Part shown: piece by piece, positions 9,360-17,906 of the stretch
How positions within the stretch are numbered: position 1 is the first letter of the stretch
Layout: the number at the start of each line of letters is the position of its first letter
Source of the DNA: Polyangiales bacterium
GTDB taxonomy: Bacteria; Myxococcota_A; Polyangia; Polyangiales; Ga0077539
NCBI GenBank assembly: GCA_044229975.1
Contig: JBGARZ010000007.1
Location: 352,001-416,000, forward strand
DNA: 64,000 nt
Direction of reading: 5' to 3'
The notes under the pieces: model-generated
Databases searched by the model: none
What the model saw: only the letters and a program-made list of their open reading frames with translations
Told to the model about the DNA's origin: nothing
Translations under genes and position numbers: made by a program

Positions 9360-10696
9360 AGCACCTCCGCGCGCTCGTCCTTCCGTTGGCGCTCGGCTGT
9401 GCGTCGAGTCCGCCGTTGCCGCTCATCGGCGAGGCGTCGCCGCCGGGCAGCCACCGCAACCTCGCGCCCGCCCGCACTGCACCATCGCGCGAGGCTGATC
9501 CCCCGCGAACCCATGAGTTCAGCGATCCGCTTCCTGACGCGGTGTTTCCCGACGCGGGAGCGCCCGCTGAGACGACCCCCGAGGCACCCGTCGCGGAGGT
9601 CGCGCCAGGGACGGTGTGGGAAGACCCGTCGGGCCGTCTCGCGCCGTGGCTCCAGTCGGTGCGCGCGCACCAGCAGGCACTGCGCGTGGTTCAGCTCGGT
9701 GATTCGCACACCGAAGGTGATGCGTTCACCGGGCCGCTGCGTCGTCGGCTGTGGGCGCAGCTCGGTGATGGCGGCCGTGGATTCGTCCCGGTGGCGGGCA
9801 CGCAGTGGGACGTCGCCCGCAGCCTCACCGGTCCGTGGCGCGTCCTACGTAGCGGCCTCCGTGCGAGCGACGGACCCAACGGCCTCGGGCTCGCCCGCGC
9901 CGTCGCCACGAGCCCCGCGGCGAGCCTTCGCGTGGCCACGTGCACCCGCTGTCCCGGTGGGCAGCGCGCCGACCGCGTGACCGTCTTCTTCCGCGTGCTC
10001 GACGGCGGCGGCCACCTCGTCGTCGACATCGACGGAACCTCGCAACGCATCTCCACCCGCGCCGACGGTAGCGTCGTCGTCACCGTCGCCGACGGACCTC
10101 ACGCCGTGACGGTGCGCCCCGCAGGTGATGGTCCCGTGGAGGTCTACGGCGTGGCCCTCGACCGTGGCACGACGGGGGCCCGCCTCGACGCCGCGGGCGT
10201 GGTCGGCGCGCAGGCCACGCACCTCCGCGACGAAGACTGGACCGTGCTCGCGCCACAGCTCGCCGCTCGCGACCCGACACTCGTGGTCTTCTCCTTCGGA
10301 ACCAACGAGAGCGCCTCCGCCCGCCGCGACCCGGCCGTCTACGCGACCGCCCTCACGACGCTGATCGAGCGCGTGCGAGTGGCTGTTCCGACGACGAGCG
10401 TGGCGGTCTTCGGCCCGCCGGACGTGGAGCTTCGCAGCGTCGCTCTGCCGGGGACGTTCATCCCGGCGCCGCGCCTCGACGGCGTGATCGAAGCGGCCCG
10501 CGCGACGGCCATGCAACAGGGCACCTGGTTCGTCGATCAGCGCGGGTTGATGGGCGGCGCCGGCGCGATGTCCGCGTGGGCGCTGGAGAGCCCGCCGTGG
10601 GCCGCGCCCGACCATGTCCATCTCACCAACCGCGGGTATGCACGACTCGCCAACGCGGTGGCCGACGGGCTCCTCGGAGCGCCCGCCGCGCCGTGA
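9356..10696 (+). CDS. SGNH/GDSL hydrolase-family lipoprotein
   Basis: Lipobox-like LALGC; LGDSH, FGTNE, DHVH; overlaps upstream stop. Confidence 0.82.
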   Translation: MKHLRALVLPLALGCASSPPLPLIGEASPPGSHRNLAPARTAPSREADPPRTHEFSDPLPDAVFPDAGAPAETTPEAPVAEVAPGTVWEDPSGRLAPWLQSVRAHQQALRVVQLGDSHTEGDAFTGPLRRRLWAQLGDGGRGFVPVAGTQWDVARSLTGPWRVLRSGLRASDGPNGLGLARAVATSPAASLRVATCTRCPGGQRADRVTVFFRVLDGGGHLVVDIDGTSQRISTRADGSVVVTVADGPHAVTVRPAGDGPVEVYGVALDRGTTGARLDAAGVVGAQATHLRDEDWTVLAPQLAARDPTLVVFSFGTNESASARRDPAVYATALTTLIERVRVAVPTTSVAVFGPPDVELRSVALPGTFIPAPRLDGVIEAARATAMQQGTWFVDQRGLMGGAGAMSAWALESPPWAAPDHVHLTNRGYARLANAVADGLLGAPAAP

Positions 10697-12732
10697 GCTT
10701 CGCCGACGCCGCCTTCCCGGTCTTCCTCTGGGCCGCGGTGATGCTCTGCGTCCTGCTCCGTCGCGGGGCGCGCAACGCTTCTGAGATGCTCCTCGGCGCG
10801 GTCGCGCTCGGGCTGCTCGCCGACCTCACATGGCTCACTGCGCTGCGACCGCACACGGCTCTTGCCTCGCCGTGGGGCTTCGCGTTGCAACACTTCGCCG
10901 GCGCGCCGCCCGCATCGGTGTGGAGGATGCTCATCGGGACGGCGTTGTTCGCGGGCGCGATGTTCGTTGCGCGGCGCTCGCTGGTGAGCGACGACGAGTC
11001 CGCGCGGGTGGCGCGCGCTCGGGCGTTGGGCCTCGCGACGGTGGTCTGTCTCGGGGCCTTCGTCGTGGGCGCGGCGACGCACCGGCTCGACGCCATCACG
11101 CGGTTGCTGGCCACGGTGGCGCACCCGCTCTGGCTGGCGCTGTGGGGCTACGCGTGGGGCGCGGCGCGCACGGCGGAGGGACGTCGCGCGGCGTTGCAGC
11201 TCGGGCTCTTCGCGCTGAGCGCGCTCTTCTATCAATCGTGGGCGGCGATGATGCCGGGGGCGTACCGCTTCCTGCTGGGGCTCATCGTCGCGACCATCGT
11301 GCTCGACTACTGGCTCGCGCGACTCATCGACGCGCGCACCGAACCCGGACCACGCCGGGCGATGCTGGTGGCCTCACTCGTCGCCAACCTCGGGGTGCTC
11401 GCGGTCTTCAAGTACGCCGACTTCTTCGGCGACAACCTCTTCTCGCTCGCCCACCTCTTCGGCGCTCACGCCCGCTGGAAGCCCTGGAACCTCATCCTCC
11501 CGGCGGGCATCTCCTTCCACACGTTCCAGTCGCTCTCGTACACGGTGGATGTGTACCGACGGCGGCTGCGGCCGACGGCGTCGCTCCTGGAGTTCGCGGC
11601 CTTCGTGCTCTTCTTCCCGCAGCTCGTCGCGGGGCCCATCGTGCGGGCCGACGAGTTTCTCCCGCAGATCGCGGCACCGCCCGCCGTGGACGAGGCCCGC
11701 GCGCTCGACGGCCTGTGGCGCATCGCGCTCGGTCTCGCGAAGAAGCTCTGGCTCGCCGACACCCTCGCCGTGACGCTCGTCGACCGCGTCTTCGCCCACC
11801 CGGAGCAGTTCTCCGCGCTGGAGAACCTCCTCGGCATCTACGGCTACGCCTTCCAGATCTACCTCGATTTCTCGGCGTACAGCGACATCGCGGTGGGCGC
11901 CGCGGCGCTGCTCGGCTTCACGCTCCCCGAGAACTTCCGCGCCCCCTACCGCGCCGGCGACCTCGCGGCCTTCTGGCGTCGCTGGCACATCTCGCTCTCG
12001 TCGTGGCTGCGCGACTACCTCTACATCCCGCTCGGGGGCAATCGCGACGGCGAGGCGCGCACCTACCGCAACCTCGCGCTCACCATGCTCCTCGGCGGCC
12101 TCTGGCACGGCGCCGCCTGGACCTTCCTCGTCTGGGGTCTCCTCCACGGTGGCGGCCTCGCCGTGACCCGCGCGGTGCAACGCCGATGGTCCCGCGAGTC
12201 GACCGCTCGCCCCGCCCGCGACGTCGCCGCGTTGGGTGCGCTCGCGCTCGCTGCGGGGGCGCTGCACCTGGCGCTGCGGTCGCTGCTCGGATCACTCGCG
12301 GCCACGGTCGGTGTCGACGTCGCGTGGCTGCACCTCGGGATCGGTTGGCTGTGGCTCGCGCCGTTCTGGGCGGCGCTCGGTGCCTTCGCGTTGCGCGCGG
12401 GCTGGCGTCGCGCGTCGGCGCTGGTGACCTTCCACTATGTGGTCTTCGCGTGGGTGTTCTTCCGGGCGCCGCGCTTCGCCGACGCGCGCGCGGTGCTGGG
12501 TCAGCTCGCGACGCTGAGCGCCGACGCGGCCAACGTCCCGCGCGCCTTCGTGGTCGCGCTTGCGGTGGCGGCCTTCACGCACGCGGCGCCCGAGGGCCCG
12601 CAGCGGTGGGCGAGGGAGGCGTTCGCGCGGGCTCCGTGGTGGGCGCGCGCGGTGGTGCTGGTGGCGGCGGTGGCGGCGCTGCGGGCGCTGGCGCGGCCGA
12701 CGGTGGTGCCGTTCATCTACTTCCAGTTCTGA
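10693..12732 (+). CDS. MBOAT family O-acyltransferase (AlgI/PatA-like)
   Basis: LPAGISFHTFQSLSY, FPQLVAGPI, YLDFSAYSD, FWRRWHISLSSWLRDYLYIPLGG, GLWHGA, C-terminal FIYFQF. GTG start at 10693 overlaps upstream stop. Confidence 0.9.
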   Translation: MSFADAAFPVFLWAAVMLCVLLRRGARNASEMLLGAVALGLLADLTWLTALRPHTALASPWGFALQHFAGAPPASVWRMLIGTALFAGAMFVARRSLVSDDESARVARARALGLATVVCLGAFVVGAATHRLDAITRLLATVAHPLWLALWGYAWGAARTAEGRRAALQLGLFALSALFYQSWAAMMPGAYRFLLGLIVATIVLDYWLARLIDARTEPGPRRAMLVASLVANLGVLAVFKYADFFGDNLFSLAHLFGAHARWKPWNLILPAGISFHTFQSLSYTVDVYRRRLRPTASLLEFAAFVLFFPQLVAGPIVRADEFLPQIAAPPAVDEARALDGLWRIALGLAKKLWLADTLAVTLVDRVFAHPEQFSALENLLGIYGYAFQIYLDFSAYSDIAVGAAALLGFTLPENFRAPYRAGDLAAFWRRWHISLSSWLRDYLYIPLGGNRDGEARTYRNLALTMLLGGLWHGAAWTFLVWGLLHGGGLAVTRAVQRRWSRESTARPARDVAALGALALAAGALHLALRSLLGSLAATVGVDVAWLHLGIGWLWLAPFWAALGAFALRAGWRRASALVTFHYVVFAWVFFRAPRFADARAVLGQLATLSADAANVPRAFVVALAVAAFTHAAPEGPQRWAREAFARAPWWARAVVLVAAVAALRALARPTVVPFIYFQF

Positions 12733-12745
12733 TTGGCGCGAGATG

Positions 12746-13045
12746 TCACTCCGGGCGCGGTGACCCTGAAAGGGTTGGGGGCCGGGGGGCTGCGTGCCGG
12801 ACAACGTCGAGCGTTCGGTCGACCTCCGCCAGGATGGTTCGCGCGTGCGTGAGCAACGCCCGCCCCGCCGGGAGCAGGTTGACGCCGCGCGGGGTGCGCG
12901 TGAAGAGCGCGGCGCCGAGCTCGTCTTCGAGCTCGCGGATGCGGCGCGAGAGCGGCGGCTGCGAGACGTGGAGACGACGCGCGGCGCGGGTGACGTTCTC
13001 CTCCTCGGCGACGGCGACGAAGTAGCGAAGCTGGTCCAGGCTCAC
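12746..13045 (-). CDS. LysR-type regulator consisting only of wHTH plus linker helix (99 aa)
   Basis: SLDQLRYFVAVAEEENVTRAARRLHVSQPPLSRRIRELEDELGAALFTR..., stops shortly after the linker helix. Confidence 0.8.
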   Translation of the reverse strand: MSLDQLRYFVAVAEEENVTRAARRLHVSQPPLSRRIRELEDELGAALFTRTPRGVNLLPAGRALLTHARTILAEVDRTLDVVRHAAPRPPTLSGSPRPE

Positions 13046-13090
13046 GGCTCCGTCGCTACCGCATCGAGGCGACCGCGACAACCCGGCGCC

Positions 13091-13105
13091 ATACCAAGAC
13101 GGTAT
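13091..13105. promoter_or_regulatory. LysR binding box ATAC-N7-GTAT
   Basis: ATAC CAAGACG GTAT between the divergent mini-LysR and map; matches the BenM/CatR-class recognition consensus. Confidence 0.6.
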
Positions 13106-13143
13106 TGGCCCATCGTCGTCATCGGGTGCCACCGTCGCGCCCG

Positions 13144-13893
13144 ATGCCCGTCGAGATTCTCTCCCCCCGTGAAATCGAACGTATGCGCCTCGCCGGCGAA
13201 GTAGCCGCCGCCACGTTGCGCGAAGTGGGCTCCCGCATCCGCGCTGGCATCAGCACCGCCGACATCGACCGCTGGGTGCGCGAGGACACCGCGCGCCGCG
13301 GCGGCAAGCCCAGTCAGCTCGGCTATCACGGCTTCCCCGCCGCCGTGTGCACGAGCCGCAACGAGGTCGTCTGCCACGGCATCCCTCGCGAGACCGACCA
13401 CCTCGCCGACGGGGACATCGTCAACGTCGACGTGACCACGGAGCTCAACGGCTTTCACGGCGACACGTCGGCGACCTTCGTCATCGGTGATGCGTCCGCC
13501 GAAGCGCTCCATGTCGTCGATGTGGCCCGTCGGTGCCGCGATGCGGGCGTGGCGGTGGTGCGCGACGGCGCCCGCCTGGGGGACATCGGCGCGGCCATCG
13601 AGGAGATCGCGCGCGCCGAGGGGTGCGGCGTGGTGGAGGCCTTCGGCGGCCACGGCATCGGTCGGCGCATGCACATGGACCCGCACGTCTCCCACCGCGG
13701 AACCCGCGGCGCCGGCCTGCGCCTCAAGGCGGGCATGGCCATCACCGTCGAGCCCATGATCACGCTCGGCAGCCCCGACATCCGCGAACTCGCCGACGGC
13801 TGGACCATCGTCACCGCCGACGGCCGCTGGACCGCCCAGTTCGAGCACACCGTCCTCGTGACCAGGGAAGGCCACGAGGTGCTCACCCGGTAG
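13144..13893 (+). CDS. map: Type I methionine aminopeptidase
   Basis: CTSRNEVVCHGIP, DIVNVDVT, GFHGDTS, GHGIG, TVEPMI, AQFEHT. Confidence 0.95.
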   Translation: MPVEILSPREIERMRLAGEVAAATLREVGSRIRAGISTADIDRWVREDTARRGGKPSQLGYHGFPAAVCTSRNEVVCHGIPRETDHLADGDIVNVDVTTELNGFHGDTSATFVIGDASAEALHVVDVARRCRDAGVAVVRDGARLGDIGAAIEEIARAEGCGVVEAFGGHGIGRRMHMDPHVSHRGTRGAGLRLKAGMAITVEPMITLGSPDIRELADGWTIVTADGRWTAQFEHTVLVTREGHEVLTR

Positions 13894-14893
13894 CGTTGTC
13901 GTCGACGGTGACCACCACGCTGCCGCGCTTGCGACCGCTGTCGACGCGGGCGTGCGCCTCGGCGATGCGCGACAGCGGCAGCGACGCGTCGATCACCGCG
14001 CGGTAGGCGCCGTCGCGCGCGAGCTCGACCAGCAACCGCGCGTCGTCGGGGGTCTCCGCCGAGACGCCCGCGATCACCCGGTGACCCGACAGTCGGCCCT
14101 GTAGGGGGGCGGCGAACTGTCCGGCGAGCCCGCACACCACGCGCAGCAATCGCCCGCCCGGCGCCAGCACGCGGCGACAGTGCGCGTAGTGCGTGGCCCC
14201 GACGCAGTCGACGATGACGTCCCAACGCGCTTCGCCGCGGGTGAAGTCTTCGGTGTGGTAGTCGATGACCCTCGTCGCGCCGAGGCTCTGCACGAGCGCC
14301 GCGTTGCCCGCGCTGCACACCGCGGTGACCTCGGCGCCGTCGCGCCGCGCGAGCTGCACCATCGCGACTCCCACCGCACCCGACGCGCCGAGCACCAGCA
14401 CGCGTTCGCCGCGCTTCACCCGAGCGGCGCGAAGGTAGTGGAGGGCGGTCATCCCGCCGAAGAGGAGCGCGGCGGCGGCGTCCCAGGAGAGCGCCTCGGG
14501 CTTCGCTGCGACGGGGCCGTCCTCGCGGACGCAGACGTAGCCCGCGTGGGCGCCCATCGTCGCGCCCGGAAACGCAACCACCGCGTCGCCCGCCCGAAAG
14601 CGGGTGACCTCGGCGCCCACGGCCTCCACCACGCCCGCGCACTCGGTGCCGAGGATGGGCTGTCGAGGGACGTTCCAGCCCAGCGCGAGGCGCATCAAGA
14701 AGCCCATGCCCTCGGGGACGCGGCGCGCGCGCACCCGGGCGTCGCCCGACGACACGGTGGTCGCCTTCACACGGATCAGCAGGTCGCGCGGTCCAGGCGT
14801 CGGTCGCGCGACGTCGCGCAGCATCAGAACATCGGGTGCGCCGTAGCGGGTCACGACGGCAGCGCGCATCATCAACAGGTCGGGGTTGGTCAT
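13883..14893 (-). CDS. NAD(P)-dependent MDR-family oxidoreductase (quinone reductase/alcohol dehydrogenase-like)
   Basis: YGAPDVL, PILGTECAGVVEAVG, GASGAVG, GRKRGSVVV. Confidence 0.88.
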   Translation of the reverse strand: MTNPDLLMMRAAVVTRYGAPDVLMLRDVARPTPGPRDLLIRVKATTVSSGDARVRARRVPEGMGFLMRLALGWNVPRQPILGTECAGVVEAVGAEVTRFRAGDAVVAFPGATMGAHAGYVCVREDGPVAAKPEALSWDAAAALLFGGMTALHYLRAARVKRGERVLVLGASGAVGVAMVQLARRDGAEVTAVCSAGNAALVQSLGATRVIDYHTEDFTRGEARWDVIVDCVGATHYAHCRRVLAPGGRLLRVVCGLAGQFAAPLQGRLSGHRVIAGVSAETPDDARLLVELARDGAYRAVIDASLPLSRIAEAHARVDSGRKRGSVVVTVDDNATG

Positions 14894-14949
14894 GGCGAGG
14901 AGGGTGGTGGCGCGGCGTCGCCCGGGAAATCCGCGAATTCGTGCGCCCG

Positions 14950-14967
14950 CTGTGCGAAGATGCACAG
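14950..14967. promoter_or_regulatory. Dyad CTGTGC-N6-GCACAG, probable LysR operator
   Basis: Perfect 6-bp inverted repeat abutting the LysR GTG start in the divergent intergenic gap. Confidence 0.4.
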
Positions 14968-15846
14968 GTGCACTGGGACGACCTCCGCTACGCCCTGGCC
15001 ATCTCCCGGGGGGGAACCCTGAGCGCCGCCGCCGAGGCGCTCGGCGTGAGCCACACCACCGTCGGCCGTCGGCTGCGCGCCCTCGAAGAGCAGCTCGGCG
15101 TCCGCCTCTTCGACGCCACCCCGGAGGGCTTCCGTCCCACCGCGGCGGGCGCTGACCTCGTGGCCGTCGCCGAGCGCATGGAGGTCGACACGCTCTCCCT
15201 CGAAGGTCGCGTGCTCGGACGCGACGAGCGGCTCACCGGCGCGCTGCGGGTGTCCGCGATGGAGCTTGTATTTCGGGCGTTTCGCGAGGCGTTCACGTCG
15301 TTTGCGGTGAGGTACCCCAGCGTGGCGCTGACGGTCACGGCGACCGACAACGAGGTCTCGCTCGCGCGCCGCGAGGCCGACGTGGTGCTGCGGCTCAACA
15401 ACCAGCCGCCCCCGCATCTCGTGGGTCGTCGCGTGGGTCGGATGCAGTTCGTCGCCTACGCCGCGCGCTCGCTGGTGGCGCGGGTCGGCGACGGGGCGCC
15501 GCTCGGAGCGTACCCGTGGATCCACTGGGACGAGCGCCTCAACGCGGCCTGGCTCGACGCCTGGCTCGCGCAGCACGCACCCGGAGCGTCCGTCGCGATG
15601 CGCGTCGACGTCAGCGCCGCGGCGATGCACGAGCTCATCGCGGCGGGCGCGGGCGTGCAGTTTCTGGCGGCCGTGGAGGGCGACGCCGACCCGTCGCTGG
15701 TGCGCGTCGGACCGGTCGATCCGTACGCGCGCCGCGACCTGTGGGTGCTCACGCTGCCGGAGCTGCGCGACACGCCGCGGGTGCGGGCGTTCACCGACCA
15801 CGTGGCCGAGCGCCTGCGCGCGACGCTCGGTGGAGTCGACGGCTAG
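14968..15846 (+). CDS. LysR family transcriptional regulator (full length)
   Basis: HWDDLRYALAISRGGTLSAAAEALGVSHTTVGRRLRALEEQLG plus substrate-binding domain; divergent from the MDR gene. Confidence 0.9.
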   Translation: MHWDDLRYALAISRGGTLSAAAEALGVSHTTVGRRLRALEEQLGVRLFDATPEGFRPTAAGADLVAVAERMEVDTLSLEGRVLGRDERLTGALRVSAMELVFRAFREAFTSFAVRYPSVALTVTATDNEVSLARREADVVLRLNNQPPPHLVGRRVGRMQFVAYAARSLVARVGDGAPLGAYPWIHWDERLNAAWLDAWLAQHAPGASVAMRVDVSAAAMHELIAAGAGVQFLAAVEGDADPSLVRVGPVDPYARRDLWVLTLPELRDTPRVRAFTDHVAERLRATLGGVDG

Positions 15847-16017
15847 TGTCGCATCGCAAAAGTTCTGACGGGTTGTAGGCCGCAAGGGCGCAAGGGTCGC
15901 AAGGATGAGATGAGATGAGATGAGGTGTTGGTGAGTCGCTCTGTTCGTTCATCCCTTGCGACCCTGGCGCCCTTGCGGCCTCTCCAACCCGTCAGAACTC
16001 TTGCGACGCGACACCAG
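15843..16017. repeat. MITE/REP-like element with ~65-bp imperfect terminal inverted repeats
   Basis: Left CTAGTGTCGCATCGCAAAAGTTCTGACGGGTTG..GGCCGCAAGGGCGCAAGGGTCGCAAGGATGA matches the reverse complement of right TCATCCCTTGCGACCCTGGCGCCCTTGCGGCC..CAACCCGTCAGAACTCTTGCGACGCGACACCAG; GATGA repeats in the loop. Confidence 0.8.
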
Positions 16018-16037
16018 CTACGCCGGCCCTCTCCGTC

Positions 16038-16991
16038 TCAGTCGGTGAGGGTGACCACGACCTTGCCGCGGGTGCGCCCCGCGGCGTTGGCCCGGTGCGC
16101 GTCGCTCATCCGCTCCAGGGGATAGGTCTCGTCGACGTGCGCCCGCAGCTTGCCCGCAGCGAAGAGCGCGTCGAGTGAGCGCAGGTCGTCGGCCGACGGG
16201 CGCAGCAGCACTCCGCGCACCCGGCGTCGGAAGGTGAGCGTGTAGAAGAGCTGCCACGCGAAGGTTCCGCCCCGCGGGACGCAGCTCGCGTACACCCCGC
16301 GCGCCGTGAGCCACGGCGTGAACCGCGACGTCGGAACGCCCCCCACGCAGTCGAGGATGACGTCGTAGTCGCCGCCCGCGTTGAAGTCGTTGGTCTTCGC
16401 GTAGTCGACGACGTCGTTCGCGCCGAGCGACTCGACCAGCGCCGCGTTGCGCGCGGAGCACACGCCCGTGACGTGCGCGCCCGCGGCCCGCGCGATCTGC
16501 ACCGCGAAGTGCCCGACGCCACCCGACGCGCCGACCACCAGCACCCGGTAGCCCTCGGCGCCGGTCTTCGGCAGCCGCGCCTCACGATGCAGGCCCTGCC
16601 ACGCCGTGAGCCCCGCGAGCGGGAGCGCCGCGGCCTGCGCGTAGCTCATGTCGGCGGGCATCGCCGCGACGGCCCGCGGGGAGACGGCGACGTACTCGGC
16701 CGCCGCGCCGCTGATGATGGAGGGGAGCCGCGAGTGCACGCGCGCTCCGACGGCGAAGTCGCCCGCCGCGGTGACGACCTCGCCTGCGATGTCGAAGCCA
16801 ACCACGAGCGGCAGGCGCGGTCGCACGATGTTGAAGGGGAAGGCGCCGTTGACCATCTTCCAGTCCACCGGGTTGACGCTGGTGGCGTGCACCTTCACCA
16901 GCAGCTCGCCCGCGCGCGCCACGGTCGTCGGCACCTCGACCACCTCGATGTTCTCGGGACCACCGTACTGCCGATACCGTGCGACCTTCAT
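16038..16991 (-). CDS. NAD(P)-dependent MDR-family oxidoreductase
   Basis: YGGPENIE, SVNPVDWK, GFDIAG, GASGGVG, GRTRGKVVV. Confidence 0.9.
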   Translation of the reverse strand: MKVARYRQYGGPENIEVVEVPTTVARAGELLVKVHATSVNPVDWKMVNGAFPFNIVRPRLPLVVGFDIAGEVVTAAGDFAVGARVHSRLPSIISGAAAEYVAVSPRAVAAMPADMSYAQAAALPLAGLTAWQGLHREARLPKTGAEGYRVLVVGASGGVGHFAVQIARAAGAHVTGVCSARNAALVESLGANDVVDYAKTNDFNAGGDYDVILDCVGGVPTSRFTPWLTARGVYASCVPRGGTFAWQLFYTLTFRRRVRGVLLRPSADDLRSLDALFAAGKLRAHVDETYPLERMSDAHRANAAGRTRGKVVVTLTD

Positions 16992-17100
16992 GGCGTCGCG
17001 ACGCTACACCGCCCCGATTCCATTCACCCTCTGCCCGGTGGGTGTGACCGCCCCCCGTGGTTGAGAGCCCCGGCGCCCGATCGCCCCTCCGCCCATCCCC

Positions 17101-17577
17101 GTGTACGCTGACCTCCTCGAACTCGTCGTCGCGCTCGACCGCATCCCGCAGAACCCCCGCTACCACCCCGAAGGCGACGCCCTCTTCCACTCATTGCAGG
17201 TCTTCCAGCACGCCCGCCGCGAATCCACGGACCCCGCGCTCCACGCCGCGGCCCTCCTGCACGACGTCGGCAAGGCCCTCGGCTCGGCCGACCACGACGC
17301 CGAGGGCGCCGACCTCCTCGATGGCCTCGTCGCGCCTCGCATCGTCTGGCTCGTCCGCCACCACCTCGACCTGCTCCGCGAGCCCGGCGCCACCCGTCGT
17401 CGCCTCCACGACACCACCCTCCTCCGCGACCTCGAACACCTCCGCCGCTGGGACCTCGCCGGCCGCTCACCGCGCGCCGCCGTGTGCTCCCCCGAAGAAG
17501 CCGTGACCTTCATCACCCGCCACCCCGCCCTCGTCGGCCCCGACGCCCCCCATGGAAAGGAACCTCTCCCCCGCTGA
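17101..17577 (+). CDS. HD-domain phosphohydrolase (Cca-type HD)
   Basis: QNPRYHPEGDALFHSLQVF...AALLHDVGK...DH...RHH...D. Confidence 0.85.
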   Translation: MYADLLELVVALDRIPQNPRYHPEGDALFHSLQVFQHARRESTDPALHAAALLHDVGKALGSADHDAEGADLLDGLVAPRIVWLVRHHLDLLREPGATRRRLHDTTLLRDLEHLRRWDLAGRSPRAAVCSPEEAVTFITRHPALVGPDAPHGKEPLPR

Positions 17578-17902
17578 CCCCGCGCGCCTCCGCCTGCGCG
17601 CCACGCTCGACCACGTCCCGAGCACCGCCGCGCTGTGGGGCACCTCTGATGACGTCCGCGACGACAACCACGACGAGCGCTGCGACGCCGTCCGTCGCGC
17701 CGTCGACGCCGTGTTGACTGCGCGCCAGCGCGAGATCGTCGAGTGGCACTTCTTCGAGGGCGTCTCGCAGGGCGACATCGCGCGCCGCCTCGGCGTGACC
17801 CAGCAGGTGGTCCAGAAGTCCCTCTACGGGGTCAACCGTCGCGGTCGTCGCATCGGCGGCGCGCTCGGCCGACTGCGAGACGCGCTCGCGTCGCGGGTGT
17901 AG
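17552..17902 (+). CDS. Stand-alone sigma70 region-4-like HTH protein
   Basis: LTARQREIVEWHFFEGVSQGDIARRLGVTQQVVQK; no region 2; overlaps the HD gene. Confidence 0.75.
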   Translation: MERNLSPADPARLRLRATLDHVPSTAALWGTSDDVRDDNHDERCDAVRRAVDAVLTARQREIVEWHFFEGVSQGDIARRLGVTQQVVQKSLYGVNRRGRRIGGALGRLRDALASRV

Positions 17903-17906
17903 CCCG

